The notes below the pieces were generated by a model, which saw only the letters and a program-made list of their open reading frames with translations, had not been told where the DNA came from and searched no databases. A stretch of 64,000 nt of DNA from assembly GCA_964252035.1 (NCBI GenBank), contig OZ176208.1, one strand, 5' to 3'. Source of the DNA: Podarcis erhardii (lineage: Eukaryota). This document shows, piece after piece, positions 36,445-48,849 of this stretch. Numbering within the stretch: the first letter of the stretch is position 1; each line of letters starts with the position of its first letter. Position numbers and translations under genes: made by a program.

Positions 36445-38149
36445 ACAGTGGGCTAGTTGCGTACCCAGATGCAGCAACCCTTTCCCTGGGAGCCAGGTCA
36501 TTAAGGGTGACATGACAAGACCAGACAACATTCTTTGGGATTAAAATTGGCCACAACTTTAATAATTTCAGAAATAGGTGAACCTTGGCTATATGGGGGG
36601 GACAGAAAACTGCCTGCTTTCCCATTGTCCTAACGGATATTTCTCTACTTCCGATGCACAGACACTCTTGGAAGCAGGAAGGTTCTCTGCCTGAAACCTT
36701 GGGAGTATTGCTTGCCAGTTTTGTGGTTAACCCTGAAATAGCTGTTAGGGTAAATTAGGGAGAAGTGGCTGTGGAAGGGGCTGAAAATATCTACTCATCA
36801 TCCAATAGTTTGCCACTTAATGTCATGATTCTTATAAGGAATAACCAAAGATTATCTAACAGTGTTGCTGTTTCCAACATTTTATTATCTTTTCATGCAG
36901 ATCTGACTAATGGATACTCATTCCCCCCCCCTACAAATGGCCCCTTTGGAGGTAAGTAGCAGCTGTGGTGTATTTTGGGCAGGAAAATGGCATGGGGGAG
37001 GAGAGAGTTAATCTTCTTGTCATGCAATGTAGTCCTGATCTGGATTAGGGCTGTGAGTTGTTGTTGTTGTTGTTTTGGTGCCAAGCATACTTTTCGTAGT
37101 GACCCTTAAAATTGATTACGGAGATGGAAATTGTTCCTTTCTCAGAAACAAGATGCTGTGAAGGAAAGCAATTACTCAGCATTCTGATTCCATGTACTGT
37201 ATATGTTCCTGGGTGTGCAACAAGAAGCTGTAGCTGTGTTAGGCAGAGCCAGTATGGTGCAATGGATAGTGGGTTGGATCGAGGAGAACCCAAGTTCAGA
37301 TCCCTGCTGTCAGCCTTAAACAATCTCACAGCCATATGATCAGGGGGAAAAATGAGTTCATGCATATTGCTACGATCAACTCTGAAGATGCTTGGGATGT
37401 ATATCTTGGTGGTTTGAAAGCTTCTTGTTGTGGTAAGCATTCTCATTCTTTCTGCATGCTAGAAGTCTTCACAATATCAAAAGATGTGAGTGTAAATAAA
37501 CAGTGTCCTGATTTCTGGCCCCAGAATAATGGAGTTTTGCATAATGGAAGGCCAGCTCTAGTGTGAACAAGAGCAGTTGGAAATGGAGGTTACACCATAT
37601 GGCAGGAAGCCATTTATCTGGCTTTGTTGCTGGTGGGAGTGAAAACTGACAGGACAATGCTATCTGCAGGGCTCACAGACAGCCAGTTCCTGCTCATCTC
37701 CCTCATGTGAGGACTTGCATTGATCTTACCGTGACAACTAATGTGGATAAGGTGAATGAGCTTTGTGCCTTTAATTATAAAGGTTCAGTAATTGGCTGTC
37801 CTGGTTAGATCTGTTTCACTGCAGACTGGAAGCCAGGGGATTTCATGGTATAATAAAGAAATGCAGAAAAACCACCAGTGTCAAATTAAAAGAGAGAAAA
37901 CAACTTTGTGTGTGTTCTGCTAGATGCCCCCTTTCTGCAATCTCCGTTCAAAGCAAGGTGTTTGAGTGAATTTTCTGAAGATGTTTAAGCATGAGACATA
38001 GCCAGCCTTCCGAAACACTCAGCTCACTTTGAAGCATCTTTCTCTTCAGCCCCGCTGAGATGATCAACAGCATTTACTTCCATGTAAGTGTGTTTAAGAT
38101 TGCACACATAACCTTTGCAGTGTAAGCAATGTTGACAATGATCTCCACC

Positions 38150-39050
38150 GGCACCATCCTGGTGTGATAAATGTTGTTACCTATTTGTTGTGGGAAATCC
38201 ACATGTCCCACAGAGGGTACGTTCATATGTGGTGGGCCTGTAAAAGGGTAAAAGAGTATTGGGAAATAATTCATAACAAATTGAAAAAAATGTTTAAAAG
38301 TACTTCCCTCAAAAAACCCAGAGTCCTTTTTGTTGGGGATAACTCAGATGGAAATTCCCAGGTGTCAAAAAAGGTTATTTATGTATGCCACTACTGCGGC
38401 CTGTGTTCTGTTAGCCTCCAAATGGAAAATGAGTAAAGTCCCAACTAAAGAAGAATGGCAACTTAAACTGATGGAATATGCGCAGCTTGCTGACCTAATA
38501 TATAGAATAAGAGAACAAGAAGAACATACGTTTAAAGAAGGTTGGAAAATGTTTGCTGAATATATGGGGGGAAATTGTGTGCACTTGAAAACGCTGGCAG
38601 CATTAAGATAAATTCAACAGTGTAAACAAGTTTTGATGGATGTAATAATGGATTACTGAATCGTTTATGTTATGTACTGAAGTTCTCACCCTGGGCCAGC
38701 AGGGGGATACTGTAGATAGTTTTCACTCATGTCCACATATGCAAATAAGGAATTGAAAGTGACGTTAAGTGATTGGATAGTTACAGAAAGTTGTTACTGT
38801 TGCGTTGTAGTGGAGCTCTATATAAGCAGGCTGGCTGAACCCTTCAGTTCTGTTCTGGCCTGTGAATAAACAAGAGCTGTTTAAAGAATCGCTGTGTCTT
38901 AACAGTTTAGTTTATGTAAAATATGCAGGGATTTATGTTATGCAAAACGAACCATGGAAAGAGAAGGAGGGGAGTCACTGACATTTTAAGGTTGTTTAAA
39001 TGAGTATTCTAAATTGCTAACACAAAATTTAATAAAAATTATACACACAC
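38150..39050 (+). mobile_element. L1-like LINE 3' fragment with a nested solo LTR
   Basis: HMWWACKRVKEYWEIIHNKLKKMFK...MYATTAACVLLASKWKMSKVPTKEEWQLKLMEYAQL, the L1 ORF2 CCHC region and C-terminus, with an A-rich end. Confidence 0.85.
38668..38904 (+). mobile_element. Solo LTR, same family as 25795-26039
   Basis: TGTTATGTACTGAAG...TTAACA termini and perfect 5-bp TSD GTTTA (38663-38667 / 38905-38909). Confidence 0.88.
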
Positions 39051-39517
39051 ACACAAAAAGAACTTCTGTTGTGGTGCTTTTGCATTTCCCCCAGGACCCT
39101 GAACTGTCATACAGAGAAATTGCCCTTCCCACACCAGCTACCATAGTTGTTGCAATTGTAAATGATATCTGGAATGAGGTTGCTTGCCGCTACTGCAGAG
39201 CTTTCCAAACCTTTCATGTTGGAGACACACTTTTTAGACGTGCATCATTTCACGACACAGTAATTCAGTTTTACTAGCAACCTGGAGGTTAAACTAACCC
39301 CTTTCCAGCCCCAGGAGGAGTGCAGGGAGCTTTTGTATGACACACCTACACACTGCAGCCAACACACCAACATTTCACGACAGAGTTAGAAAATCCCTGC
39401 TCTATTGGATAGAGCTTATGAAATTACCATCAATATATCAAGGTCCCAGTTATGGAAGGAAGGATCTGCTGGTTTTTATTTTTAAAAATCCTCTTTGGAT
39501 GTCCCCAAGTTCTAGTA

Positions 39518-39744
39518 CAGTGGTACCTCGGGTTAAGAACTTAATTCATTCTGGAGGTCCATTCTTAACCTGAAACTGTTCTTAACCTGAAGCACCGCTT
39601 TAGCTAATGGGGGCCTCCCACTGCCGCTGCACCACCGGAGCACAATTTCTGTTCTCATCCTGAAGCAAAGTTCTTAACCCGAGGTACTATTTCTGGGTTA
39701 GCGGAGTCTGTAACCTGAAGCGTCTGTAATCCGAGGTACCACTG
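39518..39744. mobile_element. Tc1/mariner MITE, family A
   Basis: CAGTGGTACCTCGG inverted ends with TA TSD. Confidence 0.9.
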
Positions 39745-40699
39745 TATTATGAAAGAGGAAGATCAACTTATCCTAATTCACTTTCTCCATATTACGAATA
39801 CTGTAGTTTTATACACTTTGATCATATAAGATATGCATCTTATATTTGGTTTACTTTCATCACAGTTAAGATACGATTTGCATTATTCTGAATTCATTCT
39901 TCCTGGTGACATCCAAGAATGATTTTAAAGAGAAATTAAGGCAGTTATTGGCTTCCTGGTCCCACTCTGAGTTGCCATTGCTGTTTTAACAGGATAATTA
40001 ATTTTAAAAGCTCACAATGGGTTCAGCTCTTTTTCCTTTAGGAACTGACATGATTAATTAAAGAAAAATGTATCTGAAGTGATGAGATATTTGCAGCATA
40101 TTTTATTGTATTTTTATTACAACTCCATGTGCTTTGGGGTGAGGGAATCTATTGTTTTATGTTATCACAGAATTCAATAGGAATTCCCCAAAGAAATGTG
40201 TAATTGGTTGAAAACGTTTTTCATGGTTTGCAAAGAAATAACTGTAGATGGGATAAGATTACGGGGTTAGGAGGAAACAATAAAAAGTTCAGATATTGTA
40301 CTAGGCATGATTTGGTGGAATAATACCAGTTTTTCATTTCCTTTAAAAGTGTTCTTTTCATATCATTATTTCAGGCTTCATATTTCTGCCAGACCTTGTA
40401 GTGTTGGTAAATGGTTTCCATGTATCATGTTACTATAAATTAGACATGCCACACTAAAAATTAACTTATAAAATGAAATTGTGATACTTATAGTATTTAT
40501 AGCTTTCTCTGAGGATAGCATACATGATTACCCCCCATTTGATCCTTATAGCAACCCTGTGAGGTACATTAGGCTGAGAAACTGTGGCTAGGTCACTCAT
40601 GAACTTCATGGCTAAATGGAAATTCTAACCCTGGTCTCGCAGGTCCCCCATCCAACCCAAAATCCATCAGGCCACACTGACTTTCATACTCTTGCCAGA

Positions 40700-41262
40700 G
40701 TGGTGCATGCTCTGGTTATCTTGGACTACTGCAATGCACTCTACGTGGGGTTACCTTTGAAGATGACCCGGAAACTACAATTAATCCAGAATGCGGCAGC
40801 AAGACTGGTGACTGGGAGTGGCCGCCAAGACCATATAACACTGATTATGAAAGACGTACATGGGTTCCCGGTACATTTCCGAGCACAATTCAATTCAAAG
40901 TGTTGGTGCTGACCTTTAAAGCCCTAAATGGCCTTGGCCCAGTATACCTGAAGGAGCGCCTCCACCCGTATTATTCAGCTTTGACACTGAGGTCCAGCTC
41001 CAAGGGCCTTCTGGCAGTTCCCTCACTGCGAGAAGTGAGGTTACAGGGAACCAGGCAGAGGGCCTTCTTGGTAGTGGCGCCCGCCCTGTGGAACACCCTC
41101 CCAGCAGATGTCAAGGAAATAACTACCTGACTTTTAGAAGACATCTGAAGGCAGCCCTGTTTAGGGAAGTTTTTAATGTTTGATGTTTTATCGTGTTTTT
41201 CATAATCTGTTGGGAGCTGTCCAGAGTGGTTTGGGAAACCCAGGGTATAAATAAAAAATATA
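40700..41262 (+). mobile_element. L2 LINE 3' fragment
   Basis: VVHALVILDYCNALYVGLPLKMTRKLQLIQNAAARLVTG...KVLVLTFKALNGLGPVYLKERL is the canonical L2 RT C-terminus; frameshifted. Confidence 0.92.
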
Positions 41263-42465
41263 TTACTGTAATATATTACTGTTTCAATCCCTGGCATCTC
41301 CAGGCAGGGCTGGTAGAGATCCCAGCATGAAACCCAGGAGAGCCAATGCCACGGAGGCTGCATCTACACAGCTATTTAAAAAACGCTATAAAAATGCTTT
41401 GGGAAAAAAAGTTGTAAAGCTCACAATGGAAAATTTCAGAGTTCTGATTTCAGCTCTACACCGCCTTCTGGTGTCACAGTGTTATATCGCATTTATAACA
41501 TTTTATTTTTACTAATGTAGCTGAGTCCTGAGTGTAGATTGAGCTAGACAGTCAATGGCCAATAAGGCAACATCCTATGTTCCTATGATACAAACCATCT
41601 TGTACCAACCTGCTGGTTTTGAACTTTTACCATGGACACAGCCTTCTTGTAACATCAAAGGAGGATCTGTCAACTAGAGGCAAGTCTGCATGTGATCTGT
41701 GGCCATTTGAATCCACTATTAAAAGCTTCAAAACTCTGAGTAGAATCGTACGGTTATTGATGCTGAAAGCAAAACTCCCTTTGACCTCATTAAATCATGG
41801 CTTTGCCCTTTTTGGTGTAAATCACACTCCCACTTTTTAGTCTTGGATCTGAAAAAGATCCTCCTTTTTTCCAAGATAGAAACAAAAATATCTTATTAGA
41901 CCTTCAGTGCTGAACCTTATTTCCCCTGGTCCCATTATAAAAGGAAGTCAAAGGTCAGTTGTAAGCAACAGCTTCTTAAAGTATGTTTTCTTTTTGGAAA
42001 GTGGAGTTTTGACTTGATCTCTAAGTTTCGTTTTGTTCATTGGCCCCTGAAGTGGCTTCAGTTTCAGGGTCAAAGGAGGTCTCCCTTGGAGAGGGCCATC
42101 AAAATAAGATAGGAAAATGATCAACAGTGCAACATGCTTTGAAAGCCAGATGACAAAAGGAAACCAGATGACAATGGCCATTACAGGATCCACCCTCAAT
42201 TCATGTAAAAGTGTGACTGAGGTAAAATATTTTAACTACAACAACAACAGCAGCAGCAGCAGGGACAGAAACTACTTTCATTGGAAAGATTGAAGGACTT
42301 CACCTGTAATACTATCTTCTTTTCCCTCTGTTTGTGTAACTAACCATGTCCATATGAGCAAACATCCTGAGGGGTTCTCCCCTTTTAGGGTATCCCTCAT
42401 TAAGATTTTTCTCTTCTGTTGAATTACACAGGTTTAATGCTAATTGATTCCACCTTAGTTTTCAC

Positions 42466-42594
42466 CAGGGCTTTTTTTCCCAGCTGCAACTCACTGGAAC
42501 TGAGTTCTCCGGTGTGTGCCATTGCCATTGCAAGAGAACAAGAGAGGCGTTCGTGGTGAGTTCCGGCATCGTTTTTTCTAGAAAAATAGCACTG
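42466..42594. mobile_element. hAT-like MITE (family of 22395-22530, opposite orientation)
   Basis: CAGGGCTTTTTTT...AAAAATAGCACTG ends. Confidence 0.6.
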
Positions 42595-44534
42595 GCTTCT
42601 GTCGTCTTATCTGAATCGTGTCCTTTCTGCTGGAAAAAGGCAGATAAATATTTTGGTACTGTCTGTCCTTGGGCCTACCATTTAATGTTCTGTTCTGTCT
42701 GGATGTTCAAAATCCTTGCACATGCATAGAGGCACTGTTGTTCATGAATACTTCACATATTCCAGGACCCAGCCTGGTATTGAAAACAGATCCAAGGGCT
42801 AAATTCTGGGGAACCCTGGCACAGATCTCGTCCTCAATCTTCCTTGCAATGTCCTTTCCCCTGCATGTTCTCTCTCTCTCTCTCTCTGCAAATGTTTCTA
42901 CAATAAACTACCTTAAAATTAGTTCTTTCCCTCTAGGCAGGTCACAGTATCTTCAAATGGTGTGGGCTGCTGGGCTGCACAGCTGGATGAAATTCTGCCC
43001 CGAGCATTGCACATTATTCTTGGGGATGTCTTAAAATCATCATCCCAACCCCCCCCGACACAACCCCCCCCCTCAATGCACAGGAAGACACGCTTGTTCA
43101 CTGGGGACAAACATCTAAACATGAACCATTCTTTGCACGAACAGAACTTCCATATAACTGATTTAATTGTTCAGTCCTACAGAAGAAGTTTCTGCAGAGT
43201 TTCTCGGCTGTTTAATCCAGGTGAGAAATACGGTATATCAGGGTCTGCTTTTTTTGCTTTTAAAAATAGTTATAAAAGCCAATCACAAACAAACAACCAC
43301 ACCCTAGGCCAACCCCAACCTCTCTCACCACCAAAGGAACATAAGCAAATACTAAAGAGAACCTGCACAAGTAACGCTGACACAACCCCCCCCCACATCA
43401 AGTAGAATAGAAACATTGCCACCCGACCCCACCCCCCCTCACCATGGCCTCCTCCACCTCTTTCCCCCTTTTCTTCATAATGTAACACTAATGTCTCAAC
43501 AAATGAAACTGATCTGTAGAAAATGTAACTTGAAAAAAGACATTGCACATACTTTTGTATACCGAGAAATCTTTAATAAAAAAATATGATTTTTAAAAAC
43601 AAACAAACTCATGAAAGCTTCAAATGCGAAAGAAGTAATAAATAAATGAAATAATTATAAACAACAAATCTGCAACGGGGAAAAAAATGTGTCGGTCCAT
43701 TTTGGGAAACTCAGGGAAGCGTCGTCATGAGCAGGAAGACATTTCGGAAGCAACATTCATAACTTTTGGCTCAGCTAGCATCCAGCTTTGTTTCTGACAC
43801 GCAACACATAATCTCCCAAACAGCGCGCTGTGTCTCTTGTCAATAAGCAGTGTCTTATCCTAAACTTATCCTAAACTGTTTACCTAAGAAATAGACATCA
43901 CCATATACCAGCCAAAGTTAAAAGCTACCTTATACTCAGTCAGAATATGGGTCCAGTTAACCCAGCCTTGTGTACTCTGTGGTAGTTAACACGGTGCCCT
44001 CCATATGTTGCACCTGAACTGCCAACAGCTCCAGCCATCATGGCCAGGGATGATTAGAGTTGGAGTCCAACGACAACATCACATTTGCTTTCCCTGATCT
44101 CCACTGACTGGTAGTGGCCTTGGGTGTGTGTGGGGGTGTTTTATTGATTTATTGTGCTTAGGGCAAGAGTGTTTTATAACCTACTTTAATCACACAAAAC
44201 CTAAATTCCCCACTATGCACTTCACTCCCTCCTACAAAATTTTGACAGCCCGGAGGCAACCTAAAACTGACAACTTTTGCTATCTTACAAACCTGATCGA
44301 AATCTCGGTCTCCTTCCCCCCCATCTTGAAGAATGTGGCAATACAGTCAAATTAAATGATTAAATGAGGGGTGGGGGTGGGGAGAATAATGTGTGCCACC
44401 ACCTTGAGCTCTTTGGAGAGCATATGCCAAGCTTCGAATATATTGTGCCCTTACACTCGCTTACATCCTTTACTTGAATATTCTGTAAAACAAAAATGGG
44501 CCAATCGTGTGTGGGAGGGCTGCTGATGTAGAAT

Positions 44535-44624
44535 CATAGCTGTCAACTTTTCCCTTTTCTTGCGAGGAATCCTATTCAGAATAAGGGAATTTCCCTTAAA
44601 AAAAGGGAAACGTTGCCAGCTATG
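44535..44624. mobile_element. 90-bp hAT MITE
   Basis: 13-bp inverted ends CATAGCTGTCAAC / GTTGCCAGCTATG (1 mismatch) and perfect 8-bp TSD TGTAGAAT. Confidence 0.9.
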
Positions 44625-46926
44625 TGTAGAATGGCAGCCTGGGATCCCCACATGGTAAACAGCATGTGCAGGAAGGGAAACATGGTGGGAAATGAATCGT
44701 GACCTTTGTTTTTCATTTACTTTCTATTTTGAGATCTGTAGATGCAGCCAAGATAACTGATCCAAAATAGCAGCTGCTTTTAATTTGGATTACATTTTTT
44801 TTTTTTTTACACCTAGCAATTCTTAAAGCATTGAATAAATTGTGCCTGGAATGTATTAGAAAAGTTTGGGCTCATGACTTCCTCAGGTGCTTAACTGGGA
44901 ACAATAATTTTGAAAGGCCAATGAAGAGAGTTTATGGGAAAATATCTATAAATATTTTGCCATTTGTCTCTCTATATTATTTTCTCATACATATATAGTA
45001 CATGTATAGTGCAATCCTATACTTGCCTACTCAAAAGTAAGCCCCACCAATGGGACTTACTCCCAGGTAAGTGTTCATAGGATTGCAGCATTACTGACCT
45101 TTTTAAACTGTTGAGTATCCTTAATTCTACCTGATGCCACTGAAAATTATAGGCACATTTTACTCTTGGTCATGAAACATTTGCATTTTACACCCAGATA
45201 TACCTTGATACCACAAATTCAACAAATGTTATGACTGGAGAGTTGGAGTTGAAAGCCTGTCCTTGACTCTGTTTCTTCCCTTTAATGTTCTGACTTTTGG
45301 TAGTGGTTTACTACAGGAAGTAATAGCCTAATCAGACTATAAAAGCAGCCAGAAAGAGACGGTGATTTCAGCCACAGACTGTAGCCGATAAAGTCCTTTG
45401 CCTCACTCGACGTGAGAGATAAAAAAGGCGGCATTTTCTTCCTCATTATTCAACCAGTCCTGAAAAGCGTTTGCCTCCACTTTCTTCTTCTCCTTTGCTC
45501 TGCTGAAGTTACATAAACAGTGTAAAGTGTCATGACAAGATGGGGGATGCTGTCAGGGACAACCTATAACTAGAACATTTCCACACCTCAGTCCTAAAAA
45601 GGGGAGGGTGGGTGTCTTTATGCAACTGATCTGTCTTTATAAATCAGAAGATCAAGTCAGTTTCACCTGTCATGAGGGCAGGACTGCAGGCACTAAAACA
45701 ACCGAGGATGTGTTGATGTTTTCCATTGCTACAAAGATGCTCTGCTTCATGTCTAATGTTGTCTCTGGGGCAGCTCCACTAGGGCAAAGGAGGCACTGCC
45801 CCAGTTCCCCACCAATACCAGTCTGCACTTAACCAGCCACACCTCCTTACCTTTGAAGCAGTCCAGGTGGTGGCAGTGGCAGTCAGCTTCCTCTTCCCCA
45901 AGGTTGCCCCATTGTAGAACTTAGCAGGGAGGAAGATGGGGTCCAAACCAGAATGACATTGGCTCTGTGTGTCATTGGCTTTTGGATCAACTTGTTGCAG
46001 ATTATTGATATTGCACAGTTTGAAGCAACTGGAAGCATATGAATGGACTCCTTTGGGAAGAAATCGTTGCCCAGGCCCATAAAAGTATTATTCAAACTTT
46101 TACAGGCTGAGCTCTTCAAAATAAAACAGAACACAGTAAACGATGCATCCAAAACACCCATACAATGTCTTGTGCTATTCAGCACAGGCTCAGCATCTTA
46201 GAAAAGATGAAATAATCCAAACAGACCTAGAAACAGAGATCTGTCTCTCCCCACAACCTGCTTTCCAGCCTCCGTTGTCCTTTGGTTGTTTACTCTCCCT
46301 TCCAGAGAGCTTCCTTTGCATCCTTACTCCACGGAGTTTGGGAGACAAAGACTCAAAGGCAACTCTTTTCAAAATGGAATTTTGCAACTCAATACCTTCA
46401 TCACATGATCAAAGGTTCGCTCTCAGCACAGAGTAGAAAACAATCGACAGTTATTCATTAACCCATCAAGCAGCTTTGGATCCCTTAGAAAACTGGTTGG
46501 GGGCGGAGAAATCCACAATGTTAGCAATACACATTGAACCATTTCTCCCCCTTTTAAACCTTCATTAATACACATACATTTCCCATTTCTGTGTCAATTA
46601 AATCTATATTCCTGCTGATCTCCCTGGCTCCTGCCCTGCCAGTCTGAAGAGGCACCAGCCACTCCCCTGTGGCAGATGAGACTATAAATGGCCCCAATGA
46701 CTAACAGACTATATCCTCCCTCCACTGTGAGAGGCAATATGTCTCCGTATAACAGTTGGTGGGAATCAGAAGGGGGGACAGTGCTGTTTCTCTCAGGTCT
46801 TGCTTATGGGCTTCCCGAAGGCATCTGCTTGGCTACTGTGAGAACTGGAGGTTGACCGAATCCATAGGGGTTCCCATTGGTTCTTACATACTGAATTAGC
46901 ATGCACGCATGATGTCGATGACTAGA

Positions 46927-47576
46927 TGTCATGAACCGGCAAGACGATGGGGAGGAAGAAGAGGATCCCAGCGAGGGGAGTAGCTGGGACTGGGACACAC
47001 TGGGGCAAGCAGGGGGTGGAGAAGGAAGTACTTGCAGGGTGACGGAGGATGGCGAGGGAATGGGGGGTCAGTGCGCAGGAACCAGAGCAGCAGGACCCAT
47101 CACCAGAGATGGAGGGGCCCCTGTCTCCACGAACAAGATGGCCTCTAAGGTATAGGGAGCAGCAGAAGGCACGCTCTAGGAGGCTGGGGCAGGCAAGGGC
47201 CCACAGTCCAGCTCCCTGGTTGGCCAGGTAGGGCTTGCTAGCTCTGGGAGGAGGTGTGTGATTCCTCAGCTGGAGTAGACTTAGAACAGGTGAGGGTCAC
47301 ATGACCCATTAAGCCCAGATGCTGCAATCAGCATGCAAAAGGGAAGCAGAGCTGAGGTGCCTTGTCTGCTCAACTGCCCATGTTGATAGACATGAACCTG
47401 GTTGTTCCCAGATCTCTACAGGACTGTGCTTTGGGTTTTACTCTGGACTGACTGCCGGACTTGGCTACTGGAATTGATCTTGGACTGCGTTTCCTGAACT
47501 TTGGACTTTTCTTGTGTGGATTGCCTTTGGGTTTCGTATAATGACTTGCTGCCAGTTAGGCTAGGGGTTCAGAACA
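46927..47576. mobile_element. Probable solo LTR (Gypsy-like, 650 bp)
   Basis: TGTCATGAAC...GTTCAGAACA termini, purine-rich 5' half and ggact-rich 3' half. Flanks ctaga / ctatt match only partly. Confidence 0.55.
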
Positions 47577-48056
47577 CTATTCTTTGCCTACTCTCTAAGA
47601 AAGGTTGGCTGCTGCAAGTCTTCAGTTTCAGCTTGTTTTACTCTCGCGCTGTTACAATAATAAATACGTGAGTACAACATGGTGTACCTGGAGAACATCA
47701 ACTTGTTAAGTGACTAAGAAGGCTGTGTGAAATCTTTGTTTCCTTCTTTAGCTTGGGAACAGATATGGGCTGTAGTCTTTGGGTGGAGGAAATATTGGTT
47801 CTGTCTCGCTGAAAACATGAACTCCTTAAGGATGCAAGAACCCTTTCTAATTATGGAAGCCAGAAGCTGAGAGTCTGTGTTAAGTGGAAATGAGCACCTC
47901 AGACTTGGCACAAGTGATATGATTCAAAAGATACATGAGGAACTTTGTTGTTGTTTAAATGGGGCTGGGGAAGTAAGGGGGCAGGAGGGGGAGAGGGGAG
48001 AAGAGAACGTTTGAGGAATGTTGCATTGAGTAAATATAGGGAGACATTTTGAAGTA

Positions 48057-48057
<1 letters not shown>

Positions 48058-48110
<53 letters not shown>

Positions 48111-48112
48111 TA
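48058..48112. repeat. (TAA)n microsatellite at a minus-strand L2 tail
   Basis: Seen directly; similar arrays at 23669-23712 and 31463-31503. Confidence 0.9.
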
Positions 48113-48449
48113 ATATTTATACTCTGCCCATCTCGCTGGGTGTTCCCCAGTCACTCTTTAAAAACAAAATTGTGGTCATGAAAAGGCGAATAGAAACTGA
48201 CAATATATCCCCCCCCCCAAAAAAAACCACACCAAAACAAATTGTCTGCAACCCACAGGGGGAAAGCATCAAGAATGATGTATTGACTGTGCCAGTGAGA
48301 TAAGAATGTGAACATTTACAAACTGCAGTAAACCCTAGTGTGGACAAGCCCCCAGTTTATTTGGATTTATCCCATCCATTTCTATGCCCAAGCCTTGATT
48401 CATGACATCCACAGTCTCACCCACATCTGATGGAAAAGAGAGAGAGGAG

Positions 48450-48690
48450 AAGGTAAAGGTAAAGGTAAAGGGTCCCCTGACCATTAGGTCCAGTTGTGGA
48501 CGACTCTGGGGTTGCAGCGCTCATCTCGCTTTATTGGCCAAGGGAGCTGGCGTATGGCTTCTGGGTCATGTGGCCAGCATGACTAAGCCACTTCTGGTGA
48601 ATCAGAGCAATGCACGAAAACGCTGTTTACCTTCCCGCTGGAGCAGTACCTATTTATCTACTTGCACTGCGTTGCTTTCGAACTGCTAGG
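48450..48690 (-). mobile_element. 5'-truncated Sauria SINE
   Basis: (AAGGTA)n tail and reverse-complement core cctatttatctacttgcac. Confidence 0.88.
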
Positions 48691-48849
48691 AGGAGTACTA
48701 GGTGACAAAGGGAGAAGAGAAGCTGGCAAGAAGCAGATGAAAAGAGACCTGAATAAGAAAATTAATTATTATAGCTGTTAATTAACTGATTGCATCAAGT
48801 GCCTTTATGGGTAATAAATGCTCCTACATATAGCACAAAAGGGACTTGT

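Noticed and set aside
25795-38904. The two matching LTRs as the ends of one 13-kb provirus
   Set aside because: Each has its own distinct 5-bp TSD, and the interval has no primer-binding site, polypurine tract or gag-pol sequence.
46804-47231. Acidic and Gly-rich short ORFs
   Set aside because: They lie inside the probable LTR at 46927-47576, a purine-rich low-complexity region, with no splice or homology support.
26277-48154. Poly-Ile, poly-Leu, poly-Gln and poly-Cys ORFs (26277, 31219, 31359, 31776, 31943, 47924)
   Set aside because: They are translations of (ATT)n, (TAA)n and (CAA)n microsatellites at L2 tails.
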